From an uncultured Bacteroidales bacterium (GTDB lineage Bacteria > Bacteroidota > Bacteroidia > Bacteroidales > Muribaculaceae), in NCBI GenBank assembly GCA_900547755.1, contig URIC01000003.1, positions 777 to 64,776 on the forward strand: 64,000 nucleotides of DNA, written 5' to 3'. Each line of letters starts with the position of its first letter. The stretch's first letter is position 1. Shown one piece after another: positions 10,648 through 19,654 of the stretch. The position numbers were made by a program, and so were the translations under genes. The notes beneath the pieces are model-generated. The model worked only from the letters and a program-made list of their open reading frames with translations. It made no database searches and was not told the DNA's origin.

Positions 10648-11280
10648 TCACTTTCTGCGGTGTCCCTGCCGGCGGTTCTGGTTGCCTTGCGGCACCTGAA
10701 CCTCCTTGTATTCATGCAGCAGATAGGTCTTGGGGTCGAGATTAATCTTGCCGTCCGAGTAGACCGCCAGGTCGCGCAATATCTTTGCATCGTCCACACC
10801 CTCTTTGTTGTGAATCAGCTGTAGTTTTTTCATGTGGTGCGCTATGAGGGATATGAGCATATCCTTGTCCTCGCCCTCCTCCAGGTCTGCAACCACCTGA
10901 ATCATCTGCTCGATATTCTTGCCGTAGTGGCGCCAGCGTATACGGTTGTCGCTGTACGGGATAGTCCTGGGTACAGGGTGCTGTTCCTCTGCTGTCAGCA
11001 CTTCAACGGGGAAGTCAATGTCAAGGGCGAATCCGCTCATTATATTGAGATGGTCCCATAGTTTCTGCTCCTTTTCAGGGGTATTGGCCTGCTGGGGGGT
11101 GAGTTTGCGCATCACGCCGACTATGGCCATTGCAGCCAGCCGGCGTTCCTCGCGGTCCTCTATAGTAAGGCAATAGTCTACCATATTCTGGACATTGCGG
11201 CCATACTCGGGCATTACGAGCGGTTTCTTGTCCGTATTGTAGTCCATCGCGGGTATCGGTGTATCAGTCATAATTTGCAA
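10648..11280 (-). CDS. DUF4290 family protein
   Basis: MDYNT..PLVMPEYGRNVQNMVD, KLWDHL; upstream of murA. The true start may be 11271 or later. Confidence 0.85.
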   Translation of the reverse strand: MQIMTDTPIPAMDYNTDKKPLVMPEYGRNVQNMVDYCLTIEDREERRLAAMAIVGVMRKLTPQQANTPEKEQKLWDHLNIMSGFALDIDFPVEVLTAEEQHPVPRTIPYSDNRIRWRHYGKNIEQMIQVVADLEEGEDKDMLISLIAHHMKKLQLIHNKEGVDDAKILRDLAVYSDGKINLDPKTYLLHEYKEVQVPQGNQNRRQGHRRK

Positions 11281-11336
11281 AAATAACTATTTTTTCTCAA
11301 GAGTGCAAATCCGCTTCGCCGGGATAACGCATTTCT

Positions 11337-12044
11337 CTACGAGCCGAGGACTTTGTTTTTGGGCTTGGTGGCCTGAAATTCCTTTAGGTATTCGGGCACA
11401 CAGTATGCCGTGTCAAGGAATCGTCCTTCGCGGAATGCCTTGTCGCTCAGAGCCATCATACCCCGGGCATCCGGAGCGATGCGTGTACGCATTTCCACAC
11501 CCGGCAGTGCGCCGTACAGGGGCTCGGCCTTGACTGCTCCCGGACCTATAATCACCAATTTACGTCCTTGTGCGAGTAGGTCGGAAAAGGAATCCGGCTC
11601 CAGAATAAGCGGACGCACCGGTTGCACCTCGTGCAGGTGGAAGTCGTAGGTGGCTGTGTACACCTCCATACGGCGGGCGTCAAGCATCGGTACAAGGAGT
11701 TCGTCTCCCTGCCAGTCGAAGCAGGAGAACATGGCCTGTACGGCCATAATCTGTAGGGTCGGCACCCCTATGAGGGGTATGTCCATGCCCATGCACAGCC
11801 CCTTTGCAAGGCTCAGTCCTATGCGCAGCCCGGTATAGGAGCCGGGTCCGATGCTGACTCCTACGGCATCCGGCTTGCGGTCATGTCGGTCCAGATAGTC
11901 CAGACATTCCTGCACGAAGGTCGCCAGGAGACGGGCATGGTTCATCCCTTCTTCTTCCTTTTTCTCGAACTGCACCTCACCTTCGGCGCAGACGGCTACC
12001 GAGCAACTTGCTCCCGATGTCTCTATGTTGAGTATGGTTGTCAT
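11337..12044 (-). CDS. tsaB: tRNA threonylcarbamoyladenosine biosynthesis protein TsaB
   Basis: ILNIETS, GPGSYTGLRIG, DARRMEVY. Confidence 0.95.
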   Translation of the reverse strand: MTTILNIETSGASCSVAVCAEGEVQFEKKEEEGMNHARLLATFVQECLDYLDRHDRKPDAVGVSIGPGSYTGLRIGLSLAKGLCMGMDIPLIGVPTLQIMAVQAMFSCFDWQGDELLVPMLDARRMEVYTATYDFHLHEVQPVRPLILEPDSFSDLLAQGRKLVIIGPGAVKAEPLYGALPGVEMRTRIAPDARGMMALSDKAFREGRFLDTAYCVPEYLKEFQATKPKNKVLGS

Positions 12045-12045
12045 T

Positions 12046-13623
12046 TTATTCTTGAATGTTTTTTAAGTTTGCTGCCACAGCCTGTGCGCAGCGTATTCCG
12101 TCGATTGCGGCGCTTACAATTCCGCCGGCATATCCGGCACCCTCGCCGCATGGGTATATTCCCGGCACGCTGATATGGGTAAGGGCCACGGGGTCGCGCG
12201 GGATTCGTACGGGCGAGGACGTGCGGCTCTCCAGTCCCACAAGGATGGCTTCCGGCGTAAGGAAGCCACGGCTCTTGCGCCCGAAGCGCCGCAGTCCCTC
12301 TTGCAGACGCCGGGATATGAACGGTGGCAGCAGGAAGTGCAGCGGCAGGCTTATCAGCCCCGGCACGTAGGAGGTGGAGGGGAGCGAGACGCTGACTTTA
12401 GAGGAACAGAAGTCGGTCATCCGTTGTGCCGGCGCGCGCAGCGAGCCTCCGGCGGCCATATAGAACTCATGCTCCAGACCCTCTTGCAGTTCCATCATTT
12501 CAAGCGGCCCGTGGTGTGAATACCCTTCTATGTCGCCGGGATGTACCTCTACCACCATACCGGAATTGGCCCATCGCGAGGAGCGCGAGGAGGCTGACAT
12601 TCCGTTGACTACGAGCTGCCCCGGCCCAGTGGCGGCCGGGACTATGACACCGCCCGGGCACATACAGAAGCTGTAGACGCCGCGTCCCTCCACTTGCTCT
12701 ACAAAGGAGTACTCGGCGGCGGGCAGCCATTTGCCGCGCCCCTTAGGGTCGTGGTACTGGATAGAGTCGATTAGTTGCTGCGGATGCTCCAGGCGCACAC
12801 CTATGGCCAGTCCCTTGGCCTCCAAGGGTATGCCGGCGGCGTGCAGCATACGGTAGGTGTCGCGCGCGGAATGGCCGGTGGCCAGGATTACGGGGCCGCG
12901 ATGCTCGGTGCCGTCTGAGAGTGTTACTCCTCTGACCGCCCCCTCTTCCATAATCAGGCCCTCCGCTCTGGAGTGGAACATCACACGTCCGCCTGCCTCC
13001 TCGATGGTATGGCGCATGGCCTTGATTACTTCCGGCAGACGGTCGGAACCTATGTGCGGATGAGCCTCTATCATAATGTCAGGGCTGGCTCCGTGTCGCA
13101 CGAAGGTGGCCAGAACCTCTTCCACATTGCCGCGTTTTTTGGAGCGGGTGTAGAGTTTGCCGTCGGAATAAGCGCCGGCGCCTCCTTCCCCGAAGCTGTA
13201 GTTGGTGTCCGGGTCCACAGTCCCTTCGCGACTTATACGGCTGAGTATCGCTCTCCTCTCGTCCACATCGGCGCCCCGTTCCAGTACAATAGGACGGATG
13301 CCTTCCTCCAGTGCCTTGAGGGCGGCGAACAGACCGGCCGGTCCGGCCCCCACTATCACGACGCGGGGACTGTTCTCTGTGAGCGCGGGCAGTTCGGGAG
13401 CAGGGGGGCAGATTGATGGTACCTCACGGTCCGGGGAAGTGGCCAGGCGCACGCGCAGGTTTATCATGACGCGTCGCTGGCGGGCGTCAATGGAACGGCG
13501 GACTATGCGCAAGTCCCTTATGTCGCCCGGACGCAGATGTGCCGTCTTGGCGGCCTCATCTCCGAGCAGGAAGGGTGTGGCGGCTACCTGAGGCGTGGTC
13601 CTGATGTCAATATCCTGTATCAT
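12046..13623 (-). CDS. FAD-dependent oxidoreductase (YhiN/HI0933-like)
   Basis: GAGPAG Rossmann motif, FGEGGAGAYSDGKL, SFCMCPGG, GEGAGYAGGI. Confidence 0.9.
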   Translation of the reverse strand: MIQDIDIRTTPQVAATPFLLGDEAAKTAHLRPGDIRDLRIVRRSIDARQRRVMINLRVRLATSPDREVPSICPPAPELPALTENSPRVVIVGAGPAGLFAALKALEEGIRPIVLERGADVDERRAILSRISREGTVDPDTNYSFGEGGAGAYSDGKLYTRSKKRGNVEEVLATFVRHGASPDIMIEAHPHIGSDRLPEVIKAMRHTIEEAGGRVMFHSRAEGLIMEEGAVRGVTLSDGTEHRGPVILATGHSARDTYRMLHAAGIPLEAKGLAIGVRLEHPQQLIDSIQYHDPKGRGKWLPAAEYSFVEQVEGRGVYSFCMCPGGVIVPAATGPGQLVVNGMSASSRSSRWANSGMVVEVHPGDIEGYSHHGPLEMMELQEGLEHEFYMAAGGSLRAPAQRMTDFCSSKVSVSLPSTSYVPGLISLPLHFLLPPFISRRLQEGLRRFGRKSRGFLTPEAILVGLESRTSSPVRIPRDPVALTHISVPGIYPCGEGAGYAGGIVSAAIDGIRCAQAVAANLKNIQE

Positions 13624-13642
13624 TTCGCTCTGTGATTTCTCG

Positions 13643-15568
13643 TTATTGTTTTTTGTAGATACGGCCTCGTGCGGGGTCTTCTGCGGTGGTGAGGATACCT
13701 TGTTCGGTCAATGTGTCAAGCATCTCCACGGCCTGGCGGCCGTAAGGGTGGAAAAGGGGTATGGCCTCATGTACACTTATTCCTTCGGGGCGGTTTTCCA
13801 TCAGTTCGCACACGTAAAGGCGTATGTCCCGGAGGCGCTCGGCATCCGGCGCGCTGTGACGCTGCCGGCAGATGTCGCAGTTGCCGCAAGGTACGGGCTC
13901 TTTTTCCCCGAAATAGGATAGGATGCGTGCGGCCCGGCAGCCGTATTCGCCGGTGGCATATCGCAGCACGGACTCATAGCGGCGGGTCATAGCCTCTTTG
14001 CGCTCGCGGAAGAGACGTCTGGGGAGGGTTATGGACCGAGGTTCCTCACGGGCCGTGGGAAGCATTATCAGCGGTTCGGTACGGCGCGGTATGTATGACA
14101 CCGTTCCGGCACGGCGCAGCCGGTTGAATGTGTCGTAAATTTCCTTAAGCTCAAGCCCGGTCTCCGAGGAGATACGCCGCTCGGGACAGGGCACATAGTC
14201 AGCGAATACTCCCGGGCAGTTCCGCAATACGGAGCGGAGTATCATCTCTGTGCGCCCGTCGGGGTCCGGCACGGAATACAATTCCTCTCGCGTACATTCT
14301 ATCCGGATGCGCGCCGCGCCTGCTTTCTCGTCCAGATAGTCCATGTATCCGGCTATGCCGAGCAGAGTGAGCGAGTTCTCCACTTGCTTGCGCTGCATAC
14401 CGAAAGTGAGGCAAAATTTATCTATGTCGAAGGGGTAGATACGTTCATATCCCTCGCCGAGAGCCACATTCAGGAAGTTGCATACCCGTTCATATACCCG
14501 CAGTATGACGGCATCCGGGGGAAAAGCCTCGGTAAGCCGTCTTTTCATGCGTGCGGCGGCCATCTTGTCCAGCAGAATCACGGCATAGCTTTGAAGGCCG
14601 TCGCGTCCGGCACGTCCCGCCTCCTGGTAATACTCCTCAAGTGAGGGTGGCAAGTCCCAGTGTATCACAGTGCGGACATCCGGTTTGTCTATGCCCATGC
14701 CGAAGGCGTTTGTAGCTACCATAAGCCGACATTCTCCCCGCTTCCAGGCGGCTATGCGTTCTTCTTTCACTTCAAAGTCCAGCCCGGCGTGAAAAGGAAG
14801 TGCGCTTATGCCACGGCGCTGGAGCTCGCCGGCAATCTCGGAGGTAAGGGCGCGGCTCCGCACATACAGGATAGAGGTTCCCGGCACACGGTCCAGAATA
14901 AGCTCGGCCATGGCGAACTTGTCTTCGGTGCGCCGCACCACGTAGCTGATGTTGGGGCGTGCGAAGGAGGTGCTGAAGTATTGCCTCTCCTTGAACCGTA
15001 GCACACGGCAGATGTCATCCGCCACTGCCGGCGTGGCTGAAGCGGTGAGTGCCAGGAAAGGAACTGAAGGGGGGAGTATTTTACGCAGCGAGGCTATGTT
15101 GAGGTAAGCCGGACGGAAGTCGTAGCCCCATTGGGAGATGCAGTGTGCCTCGTCGGCCACCACAAGGGTGATTCGCTTCAGGGTGCGCAGTTCGTCAAGG
15201 AATCGGCGCGAGAGCAGCCTTTCGGGCGCCACGTATAGGAACGAGCAATGGCCGGTGGCCAGGGAACGCCACACCTGGTTTGTCTCGCCGAGGGTCATGG
15301 AGGAGTGAAGGAAAGCGGCTTTGACGCCATGCTCGCGCAGGTTATCCACCTGGTCCTTCATCAACGCTATGAGGGGAGTCACAACCAGGGTGACGCCTCC
15401 GAGCACAAGGCCCGGTACCTGGAATGTGACGGACTTGCCGGCGCCGGTGGGAAGCAGTCCCAGGGTGTCGTGTCCGGACAGCACGGAGTCTATTATCTCG
15501 CGCTGCATGGGGCGGAACGAGTCGTAGCCCCAATATTTTCTGAGTATGTCAAGCGGGTCCGGTGAGAT
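13643..15568 (-). CDS. recQ: RecQ family ATP-dependent DNA helicase
   Basis: PTGAGKS, DEAHCISQWGYDFRP, YQEAGRAGRDG, CGNCDIC. The conserved N-terminus extends upstream of the first ATG (15508), so the start is uncertain. Confidence 0.92.
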   Translation of the reverse strand: MSPDPLDILRKYWGYDSFRPMQREIIDSVLSGHDTLGLLPTGAGKSVTFQVPGLVLGGVTLVVTPLIALMKDQVDNLREHGVKAAFLHSSMTLGETNQVWRSLATGHCSFLYVAPERLLSRRFLDELRTLKRITLVVADEAHCISQWGYDFRPAYLNIASLRKILPPSVPFLALTASATPAVADDICRVLRFKERQYFSTSFARPNISYVVRRTEDKFAMAELILDRVPGTSILYVRSRALTSEIAGELQRRGISALPFHAGLDFEVKEERIAAWKRGECRLMVATNAFGMGIDKPDVRTVIHWDLPPSLEEYYQEAGRAGRDGLQSYAVILLDKMAAARMKRRLTEAFPPDAVILRVYERVCNFLNVALGEGYERIYPFDIDKFCLTFGMQRKQVENSLTLLGIAGYMDYLDEKAGAARIRIECTREELYSVPDPDGRTEMILRSVLRNCPGVFADYVPCPERRISSETGLELKEIYDTFNRLRRAGTVSYIPRRTEPLIMLPTAREEPRSITLPRRLFRERKEAMTRRYESVLRYATGEYGCRAARILSYFGEKEPVPCGNCDICRQRHSAPDAERLRDIRLYVCELMENRPEGISVHEAIPLFHPYGRQAVEMLDTLTEQGILTTAEDPARGRIYKKQ

Positions 15569-15628
15569 GACTTATGTGTGTTTGAAAGACAGCCTGTGAG
15601 TCCGGGGTCGTGCCGGGGTCGCGGCCTC

Positions 15629-17359
15629 TTATTTGGATGGACGTATGTCGCGTATCATCAACTGCACCTTCTCTCCACGGGTGGGATGTTTGGTCTCCTC
15701 GATGGTGTAGATGATGTCTATGGGCTTGTGGGCATGGATATGCTCGAAGTACGGAGCCATATTGAAGGCGATGGCGTTCATTACGCGGCTGGTGGAGTTG
15801 TCCTCCAGTTCCAGTTTGATATGCTCCATATTTTTGCCCACGAGCTTGGAGGTGCCGAAATCAAATACGTTTTTGGTTATGAACACCGGCTTTTGGTTGC
15901 CCGGTCCGAAGGGATTGAACTTACGCAGATATGTCAGCAGTTCGGAATTAATCTGGGAGAAAGTGATTTCCGCGTCTATGTCAAGCTGAGGCTCCAGCTG
16001 GGTGGGCAGGATATGCTCGGCCACATATTCCTCAAACAAACGCGAGAATTCCGGTACATTTTCCTCTTTAAGGGTAAGTCCTACGGCGTAGGTGTGTCCG
16101 CCGAAGTTCTCCAGCAGGTGTCGGGCAGACTCTACTGCGGCGTAAATGTCGAATCCCTGTACCGAGCGGGCCGAGCCTGTGGCCACTCCGTCGGACAGGG
16201 TGAGTACTACGCTGGGCTTGTAGTACAATTCGGTGAGACGGGAGGCCACGATGCCGATTATACCCTTGTGCCAGTCTTTGTTGCAAATCACTATCGAGCG
16301 GCGCTCGCGCTGCACCTTCACGTCGCGGCCTATAAGCATATTGGCCTCTTCGGTTATGCGCTTGTCCAGTTCTTTGCGGTCCTTGTTGTACTGGTCTATG
16401 GCGGCTCCTTTTTCATAAGCGTCGTGCAGGTCGCGGCTCACCAACAGGTCTACGGCCTCGATGCCGCTCTGCATACGCCCGGAGGCATTGATGCGCGGGC
16501 CTATCTTGAATATTACGTCGGATATGGTGATATCCTTGTTCGTGAGCTTACAGATGCGGATTATGCTGCGCAACCCCAGGTTGGGGTTGGAATTCAGCCG
16601 CCTCAGGCCGTGGTAAGCCATGACGCGGTTCTCGTCTACAATCGGCACCAGGTCGGCGGCTATGCTTACGGCCACCAGGTCCAGGAGGCTTTCCAGCTCG
16701 TTGTGGTTGCTCAGGCCGTTGCTCATGGCAAAACCCTGCATGAATTTGAATCCTACGCCGCAGCCGCTGAGATGCGGACAGGGGTAGGTGCTGTCGGGCA
16801 TTTTAGGATTCAGAATCGCCACAGCCGGGGGGAGTTGCTCGTCCGGCATGTGGTGGTCGCAGATTATGAAATCTATCCCTTTGGATTTGGCGTATTCAAT
16901 CTCTTCTATGGCTTTTATGCCGCAGTCCAGCACTATTATGAGTTTGACTCCGCTGTCGGCGGCATACTCTATGCTCTTACGGGATATTCCATACCCTTCT
17001 TCGTAGCGGGTGGGGATGTAATATTCGATGTTGGAATAGTAATTCTGTAGGTATTTGTATACCAGGGCTACGGCTGTGGTGCCGTCTACGTCATAGTCGC
17101 CGTAGACAATAATCCGCTCCTTGGCGCCCATTGCTTTGTTAAGGCGGTTCACGGCCTTGTCCATGTCCGGCATGAGGAAAGGGTCGTGCAGGTCGGCTAT
17201 AGATGGGGCGAAAAAGCGGTCGGCGGCTTCGGGCGAATCAACACCGCGCCTGAGCAGCAGCTCCGCGACAGCCTCGTCACCCCCGAGATGTTCGGCCAGG
17301 GGCGCTGCCAGCTTTTGTTGCTGCAGGGTCAGGGGGAGATAATTCCATTTCTTAATCAT
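15629..17359 (-). CDS. recJ: Single-stranded-DNA exonuclease RecJ
   Basis: YGDYDVDG, DCG, DHH, GPRINASGR, FGGH, PFGPGN. Confidence 0.97.
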   Translation of the reverse strand: MIKKWNYLPLTLQQQKLAAPLAEHLGGDEAVAELLLRRGVDSPEAADRFFAPSIADLHDPFLMPDMDKAVNRLNKAMGAKERIIVYGDYDVDGTTAVALVYKYLQNYYSNIEYYIPTRYEEGYGISRKSIEYAADSGVKLIIVLDCGIKAIEEIEYAKSKGIDFIICDHHMPDEQLPPAVAILNPKMPDSTYPCPHLSGCGVGFKFMQGFAMSNGLSNHNELESLLDLVAVSIAADLVPIVDENRVMAYHGLRRLNSNPNLGLRSIIRICKLTNKDITISDVIFKIGPRINASGRMQSGIEAVDLLVSRDLHDAYEKGAAIDQYNKDRKELDKRITEEANMLIGRDVKVQRERRSIVICNKDWHKGIIGIVASRLTELYYKPSVVLTLSDGVATGSARSVQGFDIYAAVESARHLLENFGGHTYAVGLTLKEENVPEFSRLFEEYVAEHILPTQLEPQLDIDAEITFSQINSELLTYLRKFNPFGPGNQKPVFITKNVFDFGTSKLVGKNMEHIKLELEDNSTSRVMNAIAFNMAPYFEHIHAHKPIDIIYTIEETKHPTRGEKVQLMIRDIRPSK

Positions 17360-17595
17360 CGATAGTGCTGATTATTAAGGGTGCTGATTATTAACAACTT
17401 GTGCGGTAAATTGCGAGGAAAGCGCCGCCATTGGTAAAGGCGGCTGACAAGTGAGAGTATATTCCGAGGCCGAGATAATGCAAAATTACAAAAAAAATCG
17501 CACCTACACAAACCTCGCCGCACATTTTCCATCCACTTTTATGTGGATGTGAGCGGATTTGGGTATAGGGGTGAATAACTTGTAGGAACCGTGGG

Positions 17596-18375
17596 TCAGC
17601 GGCCGGCTTTCAGACCTGCTATTACAGCGGGAGTGAAGCCGTGTGCCTCCATGGCATTGAGTCCTCTGATGGTCAGCCCTCCGGCTGTGGTCACTTTGTC
17701 TATCTCGGCTTCGGCATGGGCCCCTGGCTGACCGAGCAGTGCCGCGGTGCCCTCTAACGTGGCCGCGACTATGGACTGCGCTTCGGACGCACGAAAGCCG
17801 AGTTCCACGCCCCCTTCCACAGCGGCACGGACATATCGGAGCGCGTAAGCTATGCCGCACGAGGCGAGGGCGGCGGCTCCGGGCAGCAGTCGTTCTTCTA
17901 TTTCCTTTACATGGCCCAAACGGCTGAAGGCTTTCGCGGCAAGGGTGGCGGTTCCGCTGATGTTGACTATAAAGGTCATGGATTTGCGCAAGGCCATGGC
18001 TGTGTTGGGCATGACAAGCGAGAGGTTGCACCCTCCTTTGCTCCAACCGAACATTTCCAGCAGTTCGTTGCCGGAGACACCTGCAACGATTACCGCCACC
18101 TGGGTTCTGCGGGGGTCAATGAGTCCTTTCAGTTCCTCTATCACGTCGGGTAATATCCATGGCTTTACGGCTATGACAAGGAGGTCGGCATCCTCGGCCG
18201 CCTTGCGGTTGTCCGGTGTCGTGACGATGCCGAGTTCGCGCAGAGATGCCAATTTGCTGTCCAAGGGGTTGGAAACCGTTATATATTCAGGCTTTGCGCC
18301 TGCTTCCGCCAGTCCGCGTGCCACAGCGCCGCCCATGGCACCGGCGCCGATAATACCAATCTTACAGTCGTGCAT
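17596..18375 (-). CDS. proC: Pyrroline-5-carboxylate reductase
   Basis: IGAGAMG, AVKP, VMPNT, VTTAGGLTIRG. Confidence 0.93.
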   Translation of the reverse strand: MHDCKIGIIGAGAMGGAVARGLAEAGAKPEYITVSNPLDSKLASLRELGIVTTPDNRKAAEDADLLVIAVKPWILPDVIEELKGLIDPRRTQVAVIVAGVSGNELLEMFGWSKGGCNLSLVMPNTAMALRKSMTFIVNISGTATLAAKAFSRLGHVKEIEERLLPGAAALASCGIAYALRYVRAAVEGGVELGFRASEAQSIVAATLEGTAALLGQPGAHAEAEIDKVTTAGGLTIRGLNAMEAHGFTPAVIAGLKAGR

Positions 18376-18418
18376 AACTTATTTCAAAATCTTCTCTAAA
18401 TAGTTTCCGGTTCAAATG

Positions 18419-18925
18419 TTATTTGAACATATCTCCGATGTTTTCTCGTACATCCGAGAGGTAGTGGCTTTTGAATAAAACCCTATCTGTTTCGGAATTG
18501 ACATCTTCGACTATTTGCTGTCTGTCATATTTCTTGCCGTCTAAATCATATATTTTGCAAGTTGTCACGATAAAAAAATTGGAGATACTCTTTTTTAACA
18601 ATTCTCTGTCTCCATTGGTGAGTTCCGTTTGGTTATTGTCGGATACAGATGTCAAATCATCACATTCCTCTGCGATTTTGTCAATCATTTCACTTGATGT
18701 CGCATTGGCTATCTTTTCCGCGCATCTGTCAGCGATGTCGCAGAAGTCCTTGACTTGGCTTGAAACTTCGTTGGAATCAAGGTCCGTTTCATCCGCTTCA
18801 GCGGATATGTAAGCGGTATCTTCGTCAATATTGCCGTTTCCGGATTTTTGGGAAGAGGTACAGCCTGCGAAAACCAGGCTTACCGAGATAATCGCGAAGA
18901 GTCGGTTCAGGTAAGTTGATTTCAT
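18419..18925 (-). CDS. Hypothetical lipoprotein
   Basis: Lipobox FAGC; AT-rich; similar to the protein at 19118-19621. Confidence 0.75.
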   Translation of the reverse strand: MKSTYLNRLFAIISVSLVFAGCTSSQKSGNGNIDEDTAYISAEADETDLDSNEVSSQVKDFCDIADRCAEKIANATSSEMIDKIAEECDDLTSVSDNNQTELTNGDRELLKKSISNFFIVTTCKIYDLDGKKYDRQQIVEDVNSETDRVLFKSHYLSDVRENIGDMFK

Positions 18926-18962
18926 TTGTTCTTGTTTTTTGTGGGGTGATTGATGGTGTTGA

Positions 18963-19086
18963 TTAATCAGGGGAGAGGATGGACTGCCGTTCTATCAGCC
19001 AGTCGGTGATTGTCCGGGGTTCCTCCCGTTTTGATTTCTCCGAAATCTTCTATTCCTATAGGATATCGTGTGTGTGGCTTGTCCAT
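18963..19086 (-). pseudogene. Internally deleted remnant of an AAA-ATPase-like / PD-(D/E)XK nuclease gene
   Basis: Encodes MDKPHTRYPIGIEDFGEIKTGG (family N-terminus), immediately followed in another frame by RTITDWLIE...stop (family C-terminus). Confidence 0.65.
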
Positions 19087-19117
19087 CTGCTATTGGGTTT
19101 CTTTGGGGGTGAAATTG

Positions 19118-19621
19118 CTAAAAATCAGTCCTTGGCATGTTTTTCATATTGCTGAACAGTTCTTTTAGCGTGTCGCTGTTGGACAATACGCGCAATACCA
19201 GCTTATTGGATTCTACGGAAATTGTGTCAAGCATCGTGTCGTCGCAATTTCCCCCTATTAGAAGCTCTACTTGTCGGGTGGCGCCTGCAATTATAAAATT
19301 GGCAAAAGTGTTTTGCAACATCTTTTTATCGATGTCAAAGAGCTCAACGTCGTCATTCCCGTATGTCTCTTCCACTGTGTCAAGCACTTCGCAGATTCTT
19401 TTAATCTCTGCGTCGGAAGATGCCTTCTTCACCTCTTCGGTAGCCGCATCGATAATCTCGCATATTTCTTCCACCGACATAGAGGGGATTTCTTCGTAAG
19501 TGACCGAAGCTGCCTCCTTGTCGGAGACCGCCAAATTATCTGCTTTACTCGTGGGGGATAAAGCAATCAGTGTCAGGAATGTGATTGCCGCGAATTTGGC
19601 GGAACGCTTTGACTTCTTCAT
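19118..19621 (-). CDS. Hypothetical exported protein
   Basis: Signal peptide ending SKA-D; acidic helical domain similar to 18419-18925. Confidence 0.75.
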   Translation of the reverse strand: MKKSKRSAKFAAITFLTLIALSPTSKADNLAVSDKEAASVTYEEIPSMSVEEICEIIDAATEEVKKASSDAEIKRICEVLDTVEETYGNDDVELFDIDKKMLQNTFANFIIAGATRQVELLIGGNCDDTMLDTISVESNKLVLRVLSNSDTLKELFSNMKNMPRTDF

Positions 19622-19654
19622 TTTGCGGGATATTCAGGTGATTTGCGAGGGCGT

